Source: Rickettsiales bacterium (GTDB lineage Bacteria; Pseudomonadota; Alphaproteobacteria; Rickettsiales; UBA3002). From it: DNA of 64,000 bases. The translations under genes were made by a program, and so were the position numbers. The number at the start of each line of letters is the position of its first letter. Within the stretch, counting starts at the first letter, position 1. Under the pieces are notes generated by a model. It made no database searches and was not told where the DNA came from. It saw only the letters and a list, made by a program, of their open reading frames with translations. Positions 1 to 9,909 of this stretch are shown piece after piece. Location: the NCBI GenBank assembly GCA_037968615.1, contig JBBKVX010000083.1, forward strand, positions 31,634 to 95,633, given 5' to 3'.

Positions 1-77
1 GCATCCTCGCCCAGCTCACGCTTCGCAATTTGCAGCGCTTCCTGCATGGTGGCGGCCGTGATCTGTTTCATTCTCAT
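1..77 (-). CDS. flhF: Flagellar biosynthesis GTPase FlhF, N-terminal fragment (runs off the left edge)
   Basis: ATG at 77-75 overlaps the flhA TGA (ATGA). My translation MRMKQITAATMQEALQIAKRELGEDA matches the typical FlhF N-terminus, and the position after flhA is the expected one. Not in the ORF track. Confidence 0.8.
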   Translation of the reverse strand, partial: MRMKQITAATMQEALQIAKRELGED

Positions 78-2209
78 GTGAGTTGGCCCACGGTTTTAAT
101 GCGCGCTTTCGGATGGATCTCGTTCTGCGATAGCACCATCGTCTGCGGGCGGAACCGCTCGATGATGGAGCGTACATAGGGGCGGATGCTGGGCGAGGTG
201 AGCAGCACTGGCGATTCACCCTGCACGGCCAGCTGGTCGTATTTCGTACGCACGGCGCTGATGAATTCCTGAATGCGGCTGGGCGCCAGCGAAAGGATTT
301 TGTCTTCGCCTTCGCCGGAAAGCGCCTCGATGAAGCTCTGCTCCCATACCGGCGACATGGCGAGGATGGGAATGTAATCCTCCTCGTTGGTGTTCATGTG
401 GCTGATCTGGCGCGACAGGCGCATGCGCACATGCTCGGTGATGAGCTGCACGTTCTGCGTCACGCGGCTGGATTCGGCGATGGCCTCCATGATGGCGGGC
501 AGGTCGCGGATACTGACCATCTCCGCCAGCAGATTCTGCAACACGCGCTGCACGCCGGATACAGAAATTTGCCCCGGAACAGTTTCCGAAATCAGTTTCT
601 GTTCTTCCTTACCCAAATCGTCGAGCAGCTTCTGCGTTTCCGCGTAGCTCAGTAGGTCGGCCATGTTTTCCTTCACCACTTCCGTAAGGTGCGTGGTGAT
701 GACCGTGGGCGGATCGACGACCGTGTAGTTGCGGAACAGCGCTTCCTCGCGGTAATTCTCTGTCACCCACATGGCGGGCAGGCCGAAGGTGGGCTCAACC
801 GTTTCTTCGCCGGGCAGGGTGATTTTGTTGCCCGCCGGGTCCATCACCAGCAGCATGTCGGGGCGAATGTCGCCGCGGGCGGTCTCCACTTCCTTCACCT
901 TCACCACGTAGGTGTTGGCGGGCAGTTGCATGTTGTCTTGAATGCGCACGGGCGGCATCACGAAGCCCAGCTCGCGGGCCACTTGCTTGCGCAACGCCTT
1001 GATTTGCTCGGTAAGGCGGTGGCCTTTTTGGTAGTTGATGAGGGGAAGCAGACCGTAGCCAAGCTCAAGGCGCAGCCCGTCGATTTGCAGCGTATCGCTG
1101 ATCTTTTCTTCCACCGGCGGCGGCGAGCCGGGTGTGCCTGGAGCGCTCGGAACCCCGCCCGAAGCAGCGGTGGCGTCGGCCACTATACGCAGCTTATTGC
1201 TTTTGTGAATGGTGTAGGCCACGTAGCCTGTGACCAGAGAAAGCACGAAGAACGGGGCGAAGGGAATGCCGGGCAGAATGGCGAAGGCGAGCAGCAGGGC
1301 GCTGGTAATGCCCAGCGGCGCAGGCATGCGCGAAAGCTGGCCGAGCACGGCTTTCTCGGACGAGCCATCCACCCCGGCTTTGGTAACAAGAATGCCCGCC
1401 GCCGTGGACACGACAAGCGCGGGGATTTGCGTGACGAGGCCATCACCAATGGTAAGTTTGGTGTAGGTTTCCACCGCCTCGGCGAACGGCATATCGTTGA
1501 CCACGATGCCGATGACCATGCCGCCAATGAGATTGATGAAGGTGATGAGCAGGCCTGCGATGGCGTCGCCGCGTACGAACTTGCTGGCGCCGTCCATCGA
1601 ACCGAAAAAGCTGGATTCGTCTTCAAGCTCTTTGCGCCGAAGTTTTGCGGATGATTCATCGATCAGGCCGGAGGAGAGATCGGCGTCGATGGCCATTTGT
1701 TTGCCGGGCATGGCGTCCAAGCTGAACCGCGCCGATACTTCCGCGATGCGGCCCGAACCTTTGGTAATGACCACGAAATTGATGATGGTGAGGATGCCGA
1801 ACACGATGGCACCAATAAGCACCGAACCGCCGGTGACCAAGCTACTGAACGCGTTGATCACTTGGCCCGCCGCACCGGCCCCGTCATGCCCGTGGCTGAG
1901 AATAAGGCGCGTGGTGGCGATGTTCAGTGACAGACGCAGCATGGTGGAAACCAGCAGGATGGTTGGGAAGGCCGAAAGCTCCAGCGGTTTATTCACGAAC
2001 AGCGCCGTCATCAGAATAAGTACGGCGATGGTGATGGAAATGCCCAGCATCATATCGAGCAATTGGGGCGGAACGGGCAGCACCAGCATCGCGATGATGC
2101 CCATAATGCCGAGGGCGAAGAAGATGTCGGTACGACGCGACGCGCTCTTCACGTTCGCGCGCATGGCGGGAATCGTCAGATTACGAGAGAATGCATTCCC
2201 CTCAGCCAT
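74..2209 (-). CDS. flhA: Flagellar export gate protein FlhA
   Basis: FHIPEP signature RIAEVSARFSLDAMPGKQMAIDADL and DGASKFVRGDA. Start overlaps the flbD stop (TAATG). Confidence 0.98.
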   Translation of the reverse strand: MAEGNAFSRNLTIPAMRANVKSASRRTDIFFALGIMGIIAMLVLPVPPQLLDMMLGISITIAVLILMTALFVNKPLELSAFPTILLVSTMLRLSLNIATTRLILSHGHDGAGAAGQVINAFSSLVTGGSVLIGAIVFGILTIINFVVITKGSGRIAEVSARFSLDAMPGKQMAIDADLSSGLIDESSAKLRRKELEDESSFFGSMDGASKFVRGDAIAGLLITFINLIGGMVIGIVVNDMPFAEAVETYTKLTIGDGLVTQIPALVVSTAAGILVTKAGVDGSSEKAVLGQLSRMPAPLGITSALLLAFAILPGIPFAPFFVLSLVTGYVAYTIHKSNKLRIVADATAASGGVPSAPGTPGSPPPVEEKISDTLQIDGLRLELGYGLLPLINYQKGHRLTEQIKALRKQVARELGFVMPPVRIQDNMQLPANTYVVKVKEVETARGDIRPDMLLVMDPAGNKITLPGEETVEPTFGLPAMWVTENYREEALFRNYTVVDPPTVITTHLTEVVKENMADLLSYAETQKLLDDLGKEEQKLISETVPGQISVSGVQRVLQNLLAEMVSIRDLPAIMEAIAESSRVTQNVQLITEHVRMRLSRQISHMNTNEEDYIPILAMSPVWEQSFIEALSGEGEDKILSLAPSRIQEFISAVRTKYDQLAVQGESPVLLTSPSIRPYVRSIIERFRPQTMVLSQNEIHPKARIKTVGQLT

Positions 2210-3585
2210 TAATAGCTACCGCTCTTGGAGGGAGCGGGCTCTTCGGAATATTGGTTCAATTTGTTGCGCAGGGTGCGGATGGAAATGCCTAAGATCTGCG
2301 CGGCTTGCGTGCGGTTGCCTAGGCAATGGTCCAGCGTGTCGATGATGAGCTCCTTCTCCACTTCTTCCACCGTGCGGCCGACCATATCGTTCTGGCGTGT
2401 GGGTCTGGCGCTTACGGTTTGGGCGGGCTGCGGCGCACCGCTTGCGTGCGTTGCGAGGGTAGGGGTGGTCGCCGGTTGCGGCGTCACTTTCACTGGCAGC
2501 AAAATGGCGGCTTCGTCGATGACGTTGCCTTGCGCCATCAGCACCGAACGGTGCATGATGTTTTCCAACTCGCGCACGTTGCCGGGCCAGAGATGGCCAC
2601 GCAGCTTCGCTTCGGCATCGGGCGACAGTTTGCGGGTGGGCACACCGTTGGCCTTGGAATATTTCTCGATGAAATATTCAGCGAGTGGGCGAATGTCGTC
2701 GAGCCGGTCTTTCAGGCTGGGCAGCGGAATGCTGATGACGTTGAGGCGGAAGTACAGATCCTCGCGGAACGTGCCTTTTTTTACCTCGGCTTCCAGATCG
2801 CGGTTGGAAGTGGCGAGGATGCGGATGTTCACTTTGATGGGCTTGCTGCCACCCACGCGGTCGATCTCGCGTTCTTGAATGGCGCGCAGCAGTTTGGCTT
2901 GAAGTCCGATGTCCATTTCAGAAATCTCATCGAGCAGCAGCGTACCGCCATTGGCTTCCTCGAACTTGCCGATGCGACGGGCCTGCGCGCCGGTGAACGC
3001 GCCTTTCTCGTGGCCGAACAGTTCCGATTCCATCAAGTTGCCGGGAATGGCCGCGCAGTTCACCGCAATGAACGGCTTGGTGGCGCGCGCCGATTTCTTG
3101 TGGATGTAGCGGGCAATAACTTCTTTGCCGGTGCCGGATTCGCCCGTGATCATCACCGAAGCGTCGCTCGGGGCGATTTGCTCGGCCAGCGCCAGCGTGC
3201 GGCGCATGGCGTCGGAGCCGTGAATGACGGAATGGGTTTCTTCGGAAATCGCTTCCAGCACGGCGGCGATGAGCTCCTCATCGGGCGGCAACGGCACATA
3301 TTCCTTCGCGCCGGCGCGGATGGCATCGGCCGCCACTTTGGCGCTCACCTCGATGCCGCAGGCCACCAGCGGCACGGTGATGCGTTCGGTGCGCAGCATG
3401 GCCGCGAAGGCCGCGATGTCCTGATGTACTTCCACCATGATGATATCGGCGCCCTGGCCGTCGCACAGCATGCGGAACGCGCCTTCAATGTCGCCGATCT
3501 GCGAAACCTTGGCCCCACGGTCGCGGGCAATGCGGCTCGCGGCACCCAACTGGCCGCCCAAATCTCCGACAATCAATAAACGCAT
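2209..3585 (-). CDS. flbD: Sigma-54-dependent flagellar activator FlbD (REC-AAA+-Fis HTH)
   Basis: Walker [15 protein letters not shown] loop, [10 protein letters not shown] and C-terminal [21 protein letters not shown]. Sits between fliN and flhA as in Caulobacter. Confidence 0.95.
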   Translation of the reverse strand: MRLLIVGDLGGQLGAASRIARDRGAKVSQIGDIEGAFRMLCDGQGADIIMVEVHQDIAAFAAMLRTERITVPLVACGIEVSAKVAADAIRAGAKEYVPLPPDEELIAAVLEAISEETHSVIHGSDAMRRTLALAEQIAPSDASVMITGESGTGKEVIARYIHKKSARATKPFIAVNCAAIPGNLMESELFGHEKGAFTGAQARRIGKFEEANGGTLLLDEISEMDIGLQAKLLRAIQEREIDRVGGSKPIKVNIRILATSNRDLEAEVKKGTFREDLYFRLNVISIPLPSLKDRLDDIRPLAEYFIEKYSKANGVPTRKLSPDAEAKLRGHLWPGNVRELENIMHRSVLMAQGNVIDEAAILLPVKVTPQPATTPTLATHASGAPQPAQTVSARPTRQNDMVGRTVEEVEKELIIDTLDHCLGNRTQAAQILGISIRTLRNKLNQYSEEPAPSKSGSY

Positions 3586-3631
3586 AACACACCTCTTTTA
3601 GTAGTCGTTCCGGTATTCCGGTAACGTTCGA

Positions 3632-3919
3632 TTATTTCTCGGCCTTGATAATTTCCGTCATCGTAACACCGATTTTGTCTTCTACCACCACCACTTCACC
3701 GCGGGCGACAAGGCGGTTATTGACGAAAATATCTACCGGCTCGCCCACTTTGCGGTCGAGCTCGACCACGGCGCCACGGCCCAGTTTCAGAAGCTGCTGC
3801 ACCTGCATGCTGGTTTTGCCCAGCACTACCGAGATTTGGACGGGAATGTCGCTCACGGCCTCAAGGGTAATGTTGCCATCGTTGGTGTCGCCAAAGGCGC
3901 TCATTGCATCATCGGTCAT
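3632..3919 (-). CDS. fliN: Flagellar motor switch protein FliN
   Basis: SpoA domain: DIPVQISVVLGKT...LLKLGRGAVVELDRKVGEPVDIFVNNRLVARGEVVVV. Confidence 0.97.
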   Translation of the reverse strand: MTDDAMSAFGDTNDGNITLEAVSDIPVQISVVLGKTSMQVQQLLKLGRGAVVELDRKVGEPVDIFVNNRLVARGEVVVVEDKIGVTMTEIIKAEK

Positions 3920-4640
3920 CGGTCTCTCCTGTATTTTCTGTCGTCGGTGTTGGGTTTATTTCAAGCTCCAGCGGAATGCGCGAGAGCAGTAATTCAATGT
4001 CGTGCCACAAAGTGGCGGTGGAGCGCTCGGCAAGGCCGCTGGCCCAATCGACACGCACGTCGGCTTGCGCGAGTGCCGGGTTGGCACGGAACTGCACATC
4101 GCCTTCGTAACCGTGATTTACCAGATATTCTTTCAGGCGTTGCTCGGCTTTCGGCAGGGTGTCGGGGCTGAGCTCGATGGTGATGCGTGGGCGACCATAC
4201 AGTACCGGAAGGCAACGCACTACCAGTGCGGCAATTACCTCGACGCTGCGTTCTTTCAGCGCTTCGCCCGCAACTTTTTTGGCAATCATCAGCGCCAGTT
4301 CGGATACTTCCAGCGACTGTTGTTTCAGGATGTTGGTGTAGCTGCTCGACAGCGCCACCACTTGTTCGCCGATGGCGGCTAAGGCCTTCTCGGCATCCTG
4401 CGTCTGCGCGTCAATTTCCACCTGCGCTTGCGCCAAACCAGCCATGATGCCTTCGTTGTAGCCAAGCTTTTTGGCCTCGATGCGCGCTTGCTGCAACTGG
4501 TCTTCGTCGAAGGTGGGGGCGGGCGGTGCTGGCGGCGCTTCTTCGACGAGTTTCTCCACCACCGACGCAGGAATATGGATCGGCCCGCGGAAGTCGCGGA
4601 GCGTGCCAAAATCAAAGCGCTGCAATGTTTTTTGCGTCAT
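3909..4640 (-). CDS. fliH: Flagellar assembly protein FliH (FlbE-like)
   Basis: Lies between fliG and fliN. Has the A/GxxxG helix (AKKLGYNEGIMAG) and C-terminal DVRVDWASGLAER. Confidence 0.85.
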   Translation of the reverse strand: MTQKTLQRFDFGTLRDFRGPIHIPASVVEKLVEEAPPAPPAPTFDEDQLQQARIEAKKLGYNEGIMAGLAQAQVEIDAQTQDAEKALAAIGEQVVALSSSYTNILKQQSLEVSELALMIAKKVAGEALKERSVEVIAALVVRCLPVLYGRPRITIELSPDTLPKAEQRLKEYLVNHGYEGDVQFRANPALAQADVRVDWASGLAERSTATLWHDIELLLSRIPLELEINPTPTTENTGETDDR

Positions 4641-5681
4641 TTAGTACACCAGTTGGTCTTCGCCGGTATCGCCAGCAATCACGATTTCGCCCTTGGCGGC
4701 GAGGTCTTTGGCTACGGCCACGATGGCCATTTGTGCTTCGTCCACATCCTTCAGGCGAACCGGGCCGAGCACTTCCATGTCTTCCTTGAGCAGCTTGGCT
4801 GCGCGTTCCGACATGGCGCCGAAGAACATTTCCTTGATTGTGTCCGACGCACCTTTCATGGCCACGGCGAGCTTCTCTTTCGGCACGCCACGCATGAGGG
4901 CCTGGAAGCCCGACGGGTCGATCTTCTTGAGATCCTCGAAGGTGAACATGAGCGCACGGATGCGTTCGGCAGCTTCCACGTTCTTCTGTTCCAGCAGCCC
5001 CATGAATTTCGACTCGGTCGAGCGGTCGAAATTGTTGAAGATGTCGGCCATAACTTCGTGCGTATCGCGGCGTTGAGTCTTGGCGAGGTTGCTCATGAAC
5101 TCGACGCGCAGCGTTTTCTCTACGCCGTCGAGCACTTCTTTTTTCACTGCTTCCATGCCCAGCATGCGCAGGATCACTTCCATCGACAATTCTTCGGGGA
5201 ACACACCCAGCACGCGCGCGGCGTGGTCGGGCTTGATTTTGGTGAGCACCAGCGCGATGGTTTGCGGGTATTCGTTCTTCAGATAAGCGGCGAGGATATC
5301 CTCATTCACGTTGCCGAGCTTATCCCAGGTGGTGCGGCCAGCCGGGCCGCGAATATCTTCCATGATGCCATCGACGCGGTCTTTGCCGAGCGCTTTCATC
5401 AGCAGGCGTTCGGTGGAATCGAACGTGCCGACGACCACGCCGCTGCTCGACATGCCATCGACGAAATCGAGGAACAGGCGTTCGACGGTTTCCGAGCTCA
5501 CCGTGCCAAGCGTCGACATAGTGTTCGAGATCTCTTTGATCTCGTCGTCGCTCATGGTGGTAAGAATTTTGGTCGCGTTCTCTTCGTCCACCGACATCAT
5601 GATGATGGCGGCTTTCTGCGCACCCGTCAGCTTGCGGTAATCGTCGCCTTTTTTCTCGGTCGTGGCGGGGAGGGATGCCAT
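4641..5681 (-). CDS. fliG: Flagellar motor switch protein FliG
   Basis: LTGAQKAAIIMM, EYPQTIALVL, ALMFTFEDL and MSERAAKLLKEDME...PVRLKDVDEAQ motifs. Confidence 0.98.
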   Translation of the reverse strand: MASLPATTEKKGDDYRKLTGAQKAAIIMMSVDEENATKILTTMSDDEIKEISNTMSTLGTVSSETVERLFLDFVDGMSSSGVVVGTFDSTERLLMKALGKDRVDGIMEDIRGPAGRTTWDKLGNVNEDILAAYLKNEYPQTIALVLTKIKPDHAARVLGVFPEELSMEVILRMLGMEAVKKEVLDGVEKTLRVEFMSNLAKTQRRDTHEVMADIFNNFDRSTESKFMGLLEQKNVEAAERIRALMFTFEDLKKIDPSGFQALMRGVPKEKLAVAMKGASDTIKEMFFGAMSERAAKLLKEDMEVLGPVRLKDVDEAQMAIVAVAKDLAAKGEIVIAGDTGEDQLVY

Positions 5682-5705
5682 GCGAATGCTCCTGGTTTCG
5701 TATAA

Positions 5706-7343
5706 TTAGTTAGCCGAGAGCCACGCGCGCAGGATCTGCGCGGTTTCTTCGGGATGTTTTTCGACCATCGAGTTGATCTTGCTGTAGCTCGAGGATTTGA
5801 GTTTGCCCTGGATGCGATCGATGTTGATCATCTCCTCGGCATCCTCTTCGTCCTCCGGCGGCTTGATGCGCGTTTGGTCGGTCAGGCGTGCAGCGACACC
5901 GGGAGCGGCGAGGGCGGCTTGCTCCATCTCGTCCTCATGGTTGGCGTATTCGGCCGATTCAATGGCGCGGGCCACCAGCGGACGAATGACCAGCAGGATG
6001 GCGAGGATGGCCACGCCGCCCAGCACCATGGTCTGGATAATGGAGTTGAGATCTTTCTTCAGCCAATCCATCGACGATTCGGCGAACAGGTCTTCCGGAA
6101 CGGAAGCGAACTGCATGTTGATGACGTTCACTTCGTCGCCGCGCGTGGTGTCGTAGCCGATGGCCGATTCGACCAGTTTCTGGATCTGGGCCAATGCTTC
6201 CGGCGAACGCGGGGCATAGGTCGAGGTGCCGTCTTCCGCCAGATTGTAAAGCCCATCCACCAGCACCGCCACCGACAGACGCTTCACGTTGCCAGTCTCT
6301 TTCACCGAATTGGTGACTTGTTTGGTGATCTCGAAATTGGTGGTCTCTTCCGAACGGTTGCGGTCGCTCTGCGAGCCGCCACCGGCCGTGCCGGGCTGGG
6401 CAGTCGGCAATTGGTTGCCCACCGTCACGTTGTTGGCCTGGCTGGAGTCGTTTGATTTTTCGCTCTCGGTAACGGATTGCACCGAGCGCGCCACTTGGCC
6501 CTCCGGATCGTATTTCTCGCTGTTGGTTACCACGCGATCGAAATCGATGTCGGCATGCACTTCGGCCTTCACTTTGCCTATGCCGAGCGATTGCTCCAGC
6601 AAACGCTCGATGGTGGCGCGAGTGCGGTTCTCATATTCGGTGCGGTAGCTGTCGGCTTCTTCGCTGACCACGCCGGGGGTGTCGCCTTCGTCCTGGCCTT
6701 TGGCGAGTAGGATGCCCCGGCTATCGACGATGGTCACATGCTGGGGCTTCAGGCCCGGTACAGCGGTGGCCACCAATTGGCGCACAGCCGAGATTTCGTT
6801 TTTGCTGAGGTTGCTCACACCGCGCAGTTTCAACGCCACCGAGGCGGTGGGCACCGAAGATTCACGCGAGAACAGTTCGCGCTTCGGCATCACCAGATGC
6901 ACGCGGGCTGCGTCCACCGTGTCGAAGCTGGAGATGGTGCGCGCCAGCTCACCTTCCAGCGCACGCAGTTGGTTCAGGTTCAGCACGAAATTCGAGGTGC
7001 CGAGCGTGTCGCCTTTATCGAATATCTCGTAGCCCACTACCGAACCGCGCGAAGGAAGGCCGCGCTGCGCCATGCTCATACGCAGTTTATCGACCTGATC
7101 GGAAGGAACCAGAATCTGGGTGCCGTTGGCGCGGATCTCGTATGGCACGCCCATGGTATCGAGCTCGGAGGTGATTTTGGCACCGTCTTCCAGCGGCACA
7201 GCCGTGAAGATGGGCGACATGTTCGGCGCGGTGACGCGCAGCGAGATGTAAGCAAAGAAGCCGATCATCACTACGGCGGTGCCAATCATGGCGGCCAGCT
7301 TGATCTGGTTGAGGTCTTTGATGGATTGAACCATGGCATTCAT
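5706..7343 (-). CDS. fliF: Flagellar MS-ring protein FliF
   Basis: Two TM helices. GYEIFDK...RALEGELARTI, ARVHLVMPK, PTASVAL and KRLSVAVLVDG motifs. Confidence 0.97.
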   Translation of the reverse strand: MNAMVQSIKDLNQIKLAAMIGTAVVMIGFFAYISLRVTAPNMSPIFTAVPLEDGAKITSELDTMGVPYEIRANGTQILVPSDQVDKLRMSMAQRGLPSRGSVVGYEIFDKGDTLGTSNFVLNLNQLRALEGELARTISSFDTVDAARVHLVMPKRELFSRESSVPTASVALKLRGVSNLSKNEISAVRQLVATAVPGLKPQHVTIVDSRGILLAKGQDEGDTPGVVSEEADSYRTEYENRTRATIERLLEQSLGIGKVKAEVHADIDFDRVVTNSEKYDPEGQVARSVQSVTESEKSNDSSQANNVTVGNQLPTAQPGTAGGGSQSDRNRSEETTNFEITKQVTNSVKETGNVKRLSVAVLVDGLYNLAEDGTSTYAPRSPEALAQIQKLVESAIGYDTTRGDEVNVINMQFASVPEDLFAESSMDWLKKDLNSIIQTMVLGGVAILAILLVIRPLVARAIESAEYANHEDEMEQAALAAPGVAARLTDQTRIKPPEDEEDAEEMINIDRIQGKLKSSSYSKINSMVEKHPEETAQILRAWLSAN

Positions 7344-7638
7344 AAGGGCACCGTCTCTTTAAAGAGTGACTACGTAGTGTGACGTAATGTTTTCGTAGGG
7401 TGCCGGTGGAATACTGCTCAGGTCGCGGTAAGAAGCTTGTTTTTTCGTCCGCGATCCGTCCATGCAATACCCCTAATATTTTGTTTTTATAGGTTCTTTA
7501 TGTGCTGTAAGCAGGAATTGCCTACCTTGTGAAGATAGCAATTTTTCCGCGATACGGCAAGCGCAATTTTATCAATGTAGGAAATTTTTGCCGGGCTGCG
7601 GCAATTCGGCAGGAATCAGCGTTTTTCTATGTGGAAAA

Positions 7639-8016
7639 CTAGCGGTTAGCCTCGGCCAAAGCCGCAGGCGCGACAGCCGGCGCAGTCGCTTGCACGATGA
7701 TATCGGCGAAGTCGCGCAGGAACACGGAGCCGTTGACGGTGCGTTGCAGGAACACATTGCGGCGATCGGCTTCATCTTTTTTGCGGCGGATGAGGTCGAG
7801 GCTGGAAAGTGTATCGATGGCGCGGCACACGGCGGGCTTGGAAATATCCAGATGTTCGGCCAGTGAACGAATTGTGTGTGGGGGCGGCGACATATAGGTA
7901 GTGAGCAGCACCGCGATCTGCCGCTGCGACAGATCGTACGGCAACTCGCGCAGCGACCGGGAAATGACCCGTTGCCAGAGATTCAGTGCTTGCTGTGTGT
8001 CCATCGTTTCGCCCAT
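7639..8016 (-). CDS. MarR-family winged-helix transcriptional regulator
   Basis: LAEHLDISKPAVCRAIDTLSSLDLIRRKKDEADRRNV (HTH plus DxR wing). Start taken at MGETM (8016); 8004 and 8052 are alternatives. Confidence 0.85.
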   Translation of the reverse strand: MGETMDTQQALNLWQRVISRSLRELPYDLSQRQIAVLLTTYMSPPPHTIRSLAEHLDISKPAVCRAIDTLSSLDLIRRKKDEADRRNVFLQRTVNGSVFLRDFADIIVQATAPAVAPAALAEANR

Positions 8017-8123
8017 GGAACGATGATTAGGCCTGCGCCACTTAAATTGCAAGCGATGTGACGGTTCGATGAAGATTTTTTATCGACGATGCGGCCCATG
8101 GCCAGCTGTGGTAAGCTGCCGTC

Positions 8124-9593
8124 ATGGCTGAAATTATCCACGATTCGAAACATGACAGGGGCAGGGCTTCGGCCTACATGCTTGGCGATACGGAATGTGG
8201 CCGCGATTACATCTTTCTGCTGCACGGCAACCATATCGAAGTGGAGCCCGAAGGCCGGGATTGGCGCCAGGACCTGACCGAAAAAGAAAAGCTCATGGTG
8301 TTCAACAGGATTCTGGGCGATTTCCGCGAAGAACGCACGGTGGGCGATGACGGCTTCAAGATTGCATCCATTGGTGTTTCAACAGACGGCCGCCTGTATA
8401 TCGGCGGCAATGTAGGGGAAACCCAGAACTCCAGCGCCTTTCACCGTGGATGCGCAGAAACGCGCATGCTCCATATTTCTGCCGAGCGTGACGCCTACGA
8501 ACAGCTTGGCGCGCGCAAAAAAGCCCAGAACCAACAAGAAGAATTCAAGCCGCGCTTCCTGAAATTCGACCCCATCTATGTGATGGGCGGGCAATTGCCA
8601 GAAATTCCCATCGTTGCGCCCTGCGGCGATTGCACGGAAACGTTGTCGAAACATATGGCGCCCGACGCGCGTGTTGTTTTACTGCCAGTGAACGATGGTT
8701 CCGCCGAACTCACCTTAAATAAAGCTGCCAAATACGCTCGTGATCTAAAACCTAATCAAGCGTGGGACACCACCATCGGTTATTTGCGGCCATTGCATGA
8801 GATTAAAGTGAAACCTCTGGTGGCTAACATGCAACGCGCAGCATTCGACGCGATGGCTGGGCGCATTTCAGAGCTGCTCGCCGCGGGCGAAACCCATCTT
8901 GCATCGGCTCAATTGCCGCAGAATTTTGCAAAGCCTGTGCTGGGCAGCGTTACCGCGCGCTTGCTGCAAGAGCAGTCGCTGCCTGAAGCGCCACCTCTTT
9001 CGACGCTAAACGCGGTGCTGTATAACCAGATCGAGGCGGCGGCTTATGACCGGGTGCGCGGCATCCTGAACAAGCGAGGCGATTCGGATTACTCCATAGA
9101 GAACGTCAAAGCGGTGATGGCGTCGGAGATAAAAAATATTCGTGCCGTGGCGCTGCAGACAGACAGCGGTAAATTATATTCAGGCCTGGCGGTGGCCAGC
9201 TCGATTGACAAAGCCGGCATCAGCGCCGAAATTCAGGCGGCGGGCAATGCCAACCGCGAAATGGGAAGCCAGGGTGTGCTGCGTGTGGTGAGCATGGAAT
9301 TTGCACCGGAAAAAATTGATAAAGATGTCGTGCGCACCTCTACGAAGTCGTCGGTTGAGCGGCTGGTCAAGCGGCGCTCGAAGCTTACTCATACGGTCGA
9401 TTTCAAGTTCCTGCCACTCAACGGTGGTGACTTGAGCGATACCGCTCTCAACACTATAAAACACCACCATACCGCCGAAGAATTATTCCCCGGCTACTTT
9501 ACCGGCAAGGCGAGCCAGCGCGCCACCACGCCCGAGCTGAAACAGACCGTTTTGGGAAATGTGGGCGGCGAGAAGGGTACCAGCCGCCGCTAG
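8124..9593 (+). CDS. Two-domain cytidine-deaminase-fold protein (one intact zinc site, one degenerate), 489 aa
   Basis: Domain 1: STDGRLYIGGNVG...HRGCAE...APCGDC. Domain 2: LQTDSGKLYSG...GISAEIQA with no PCxxC. Confidence 0.7.
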   Translation: MAEIIHDSKHDRGRASAYMLGDTECGRDYIFLLHGNHIEVEPEGRDWRQDLTEKEKLMVFNRILGDFREERTVGDDGFKIASIGVSTDGRLYIGGNVGETQNSSAFHRGCAETRMLHISAERDAYEQLGARKKAQNQQEEFKPRFLKFDPIYVMGGQLPEIPIVAPCGDCTETLSKHMAPDARVVLLPVNDGSAELTLNKAAKYARDLKPNQAWDTTIGYLRPLHEIKVKPLVANMQRAAFDAMAGRISELLAAGETHLASAQLPQNFAKPVLGSVTARLLQEQSLPEAPPLSTLNAVLYNQIEAAAYDRVRGILNKRGDSDYSIENVKAVMASEIKNIRAVALQTDSGKLYSGLAVASSIDKAGISAEIQAAGNANREMGSQGVLRVVSMEFAPEKIDKDVVRTSTKSSVERLVKRRSKLTHTVDFKFLPLNGGDLSDTALNTIKHHHTAEELFPGYFTGKASQRATTPELKQTVLGNVGGEKGTSRR

Positions 9594-9693
9594 AAGCCCA
9601 AATCTCCGCTTTATTTCTGGAAAACCGACGCTATAGTGCGCCTCTTCCAAGCACCTGGCTTGGGCTAACTGTTTGAATTTAAGGATTACGATC

Positions 9694-9882
9694 ATGGCTG
9701 TTCCTAAGCGGAAAACCTCGCCGTCGCGTCGCGGGATGCGTCAATCGCACCTCTCGCTCGACACCACCACCGTCAGCGAAGACAAAACCACCGGCGAACT
9801 GAAGCGTCCGCACCACGTGTCGAAAGACGGCATGTACAACGGCAAAAAAGTGACCGACGCCGTTAAAAAAGTGAAGCGCTAG
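9694..9882 (+). CDS. rpmF: 50S ribosomal protein L32 (zinc-free type)
   Basis: [19 protein letters not shown]...RPHHVS. Start set at ATG 9694, with AAGGA upstream. Confidence 0.97.
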   Translation: MAVPKRKTSPSRRGMRQSHLSLDTTTVSEDKTTGELKRPHHVSKDGMYNGKKVTDAVKKVKR

Positions 9883-9909
9883 AACCGTTTAACCAAGCGG
9901 GGTAAACGC

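Noticed and set aside
7344-7638. CtrA box or sciP upstream of fliF
   Set aside because: No TTAA-N7-TTAA and no SciP-like ORF were seen. Only a 10-bp palindrome (ACTACGTAGT, 7369-78) is present, which can occur by chance.
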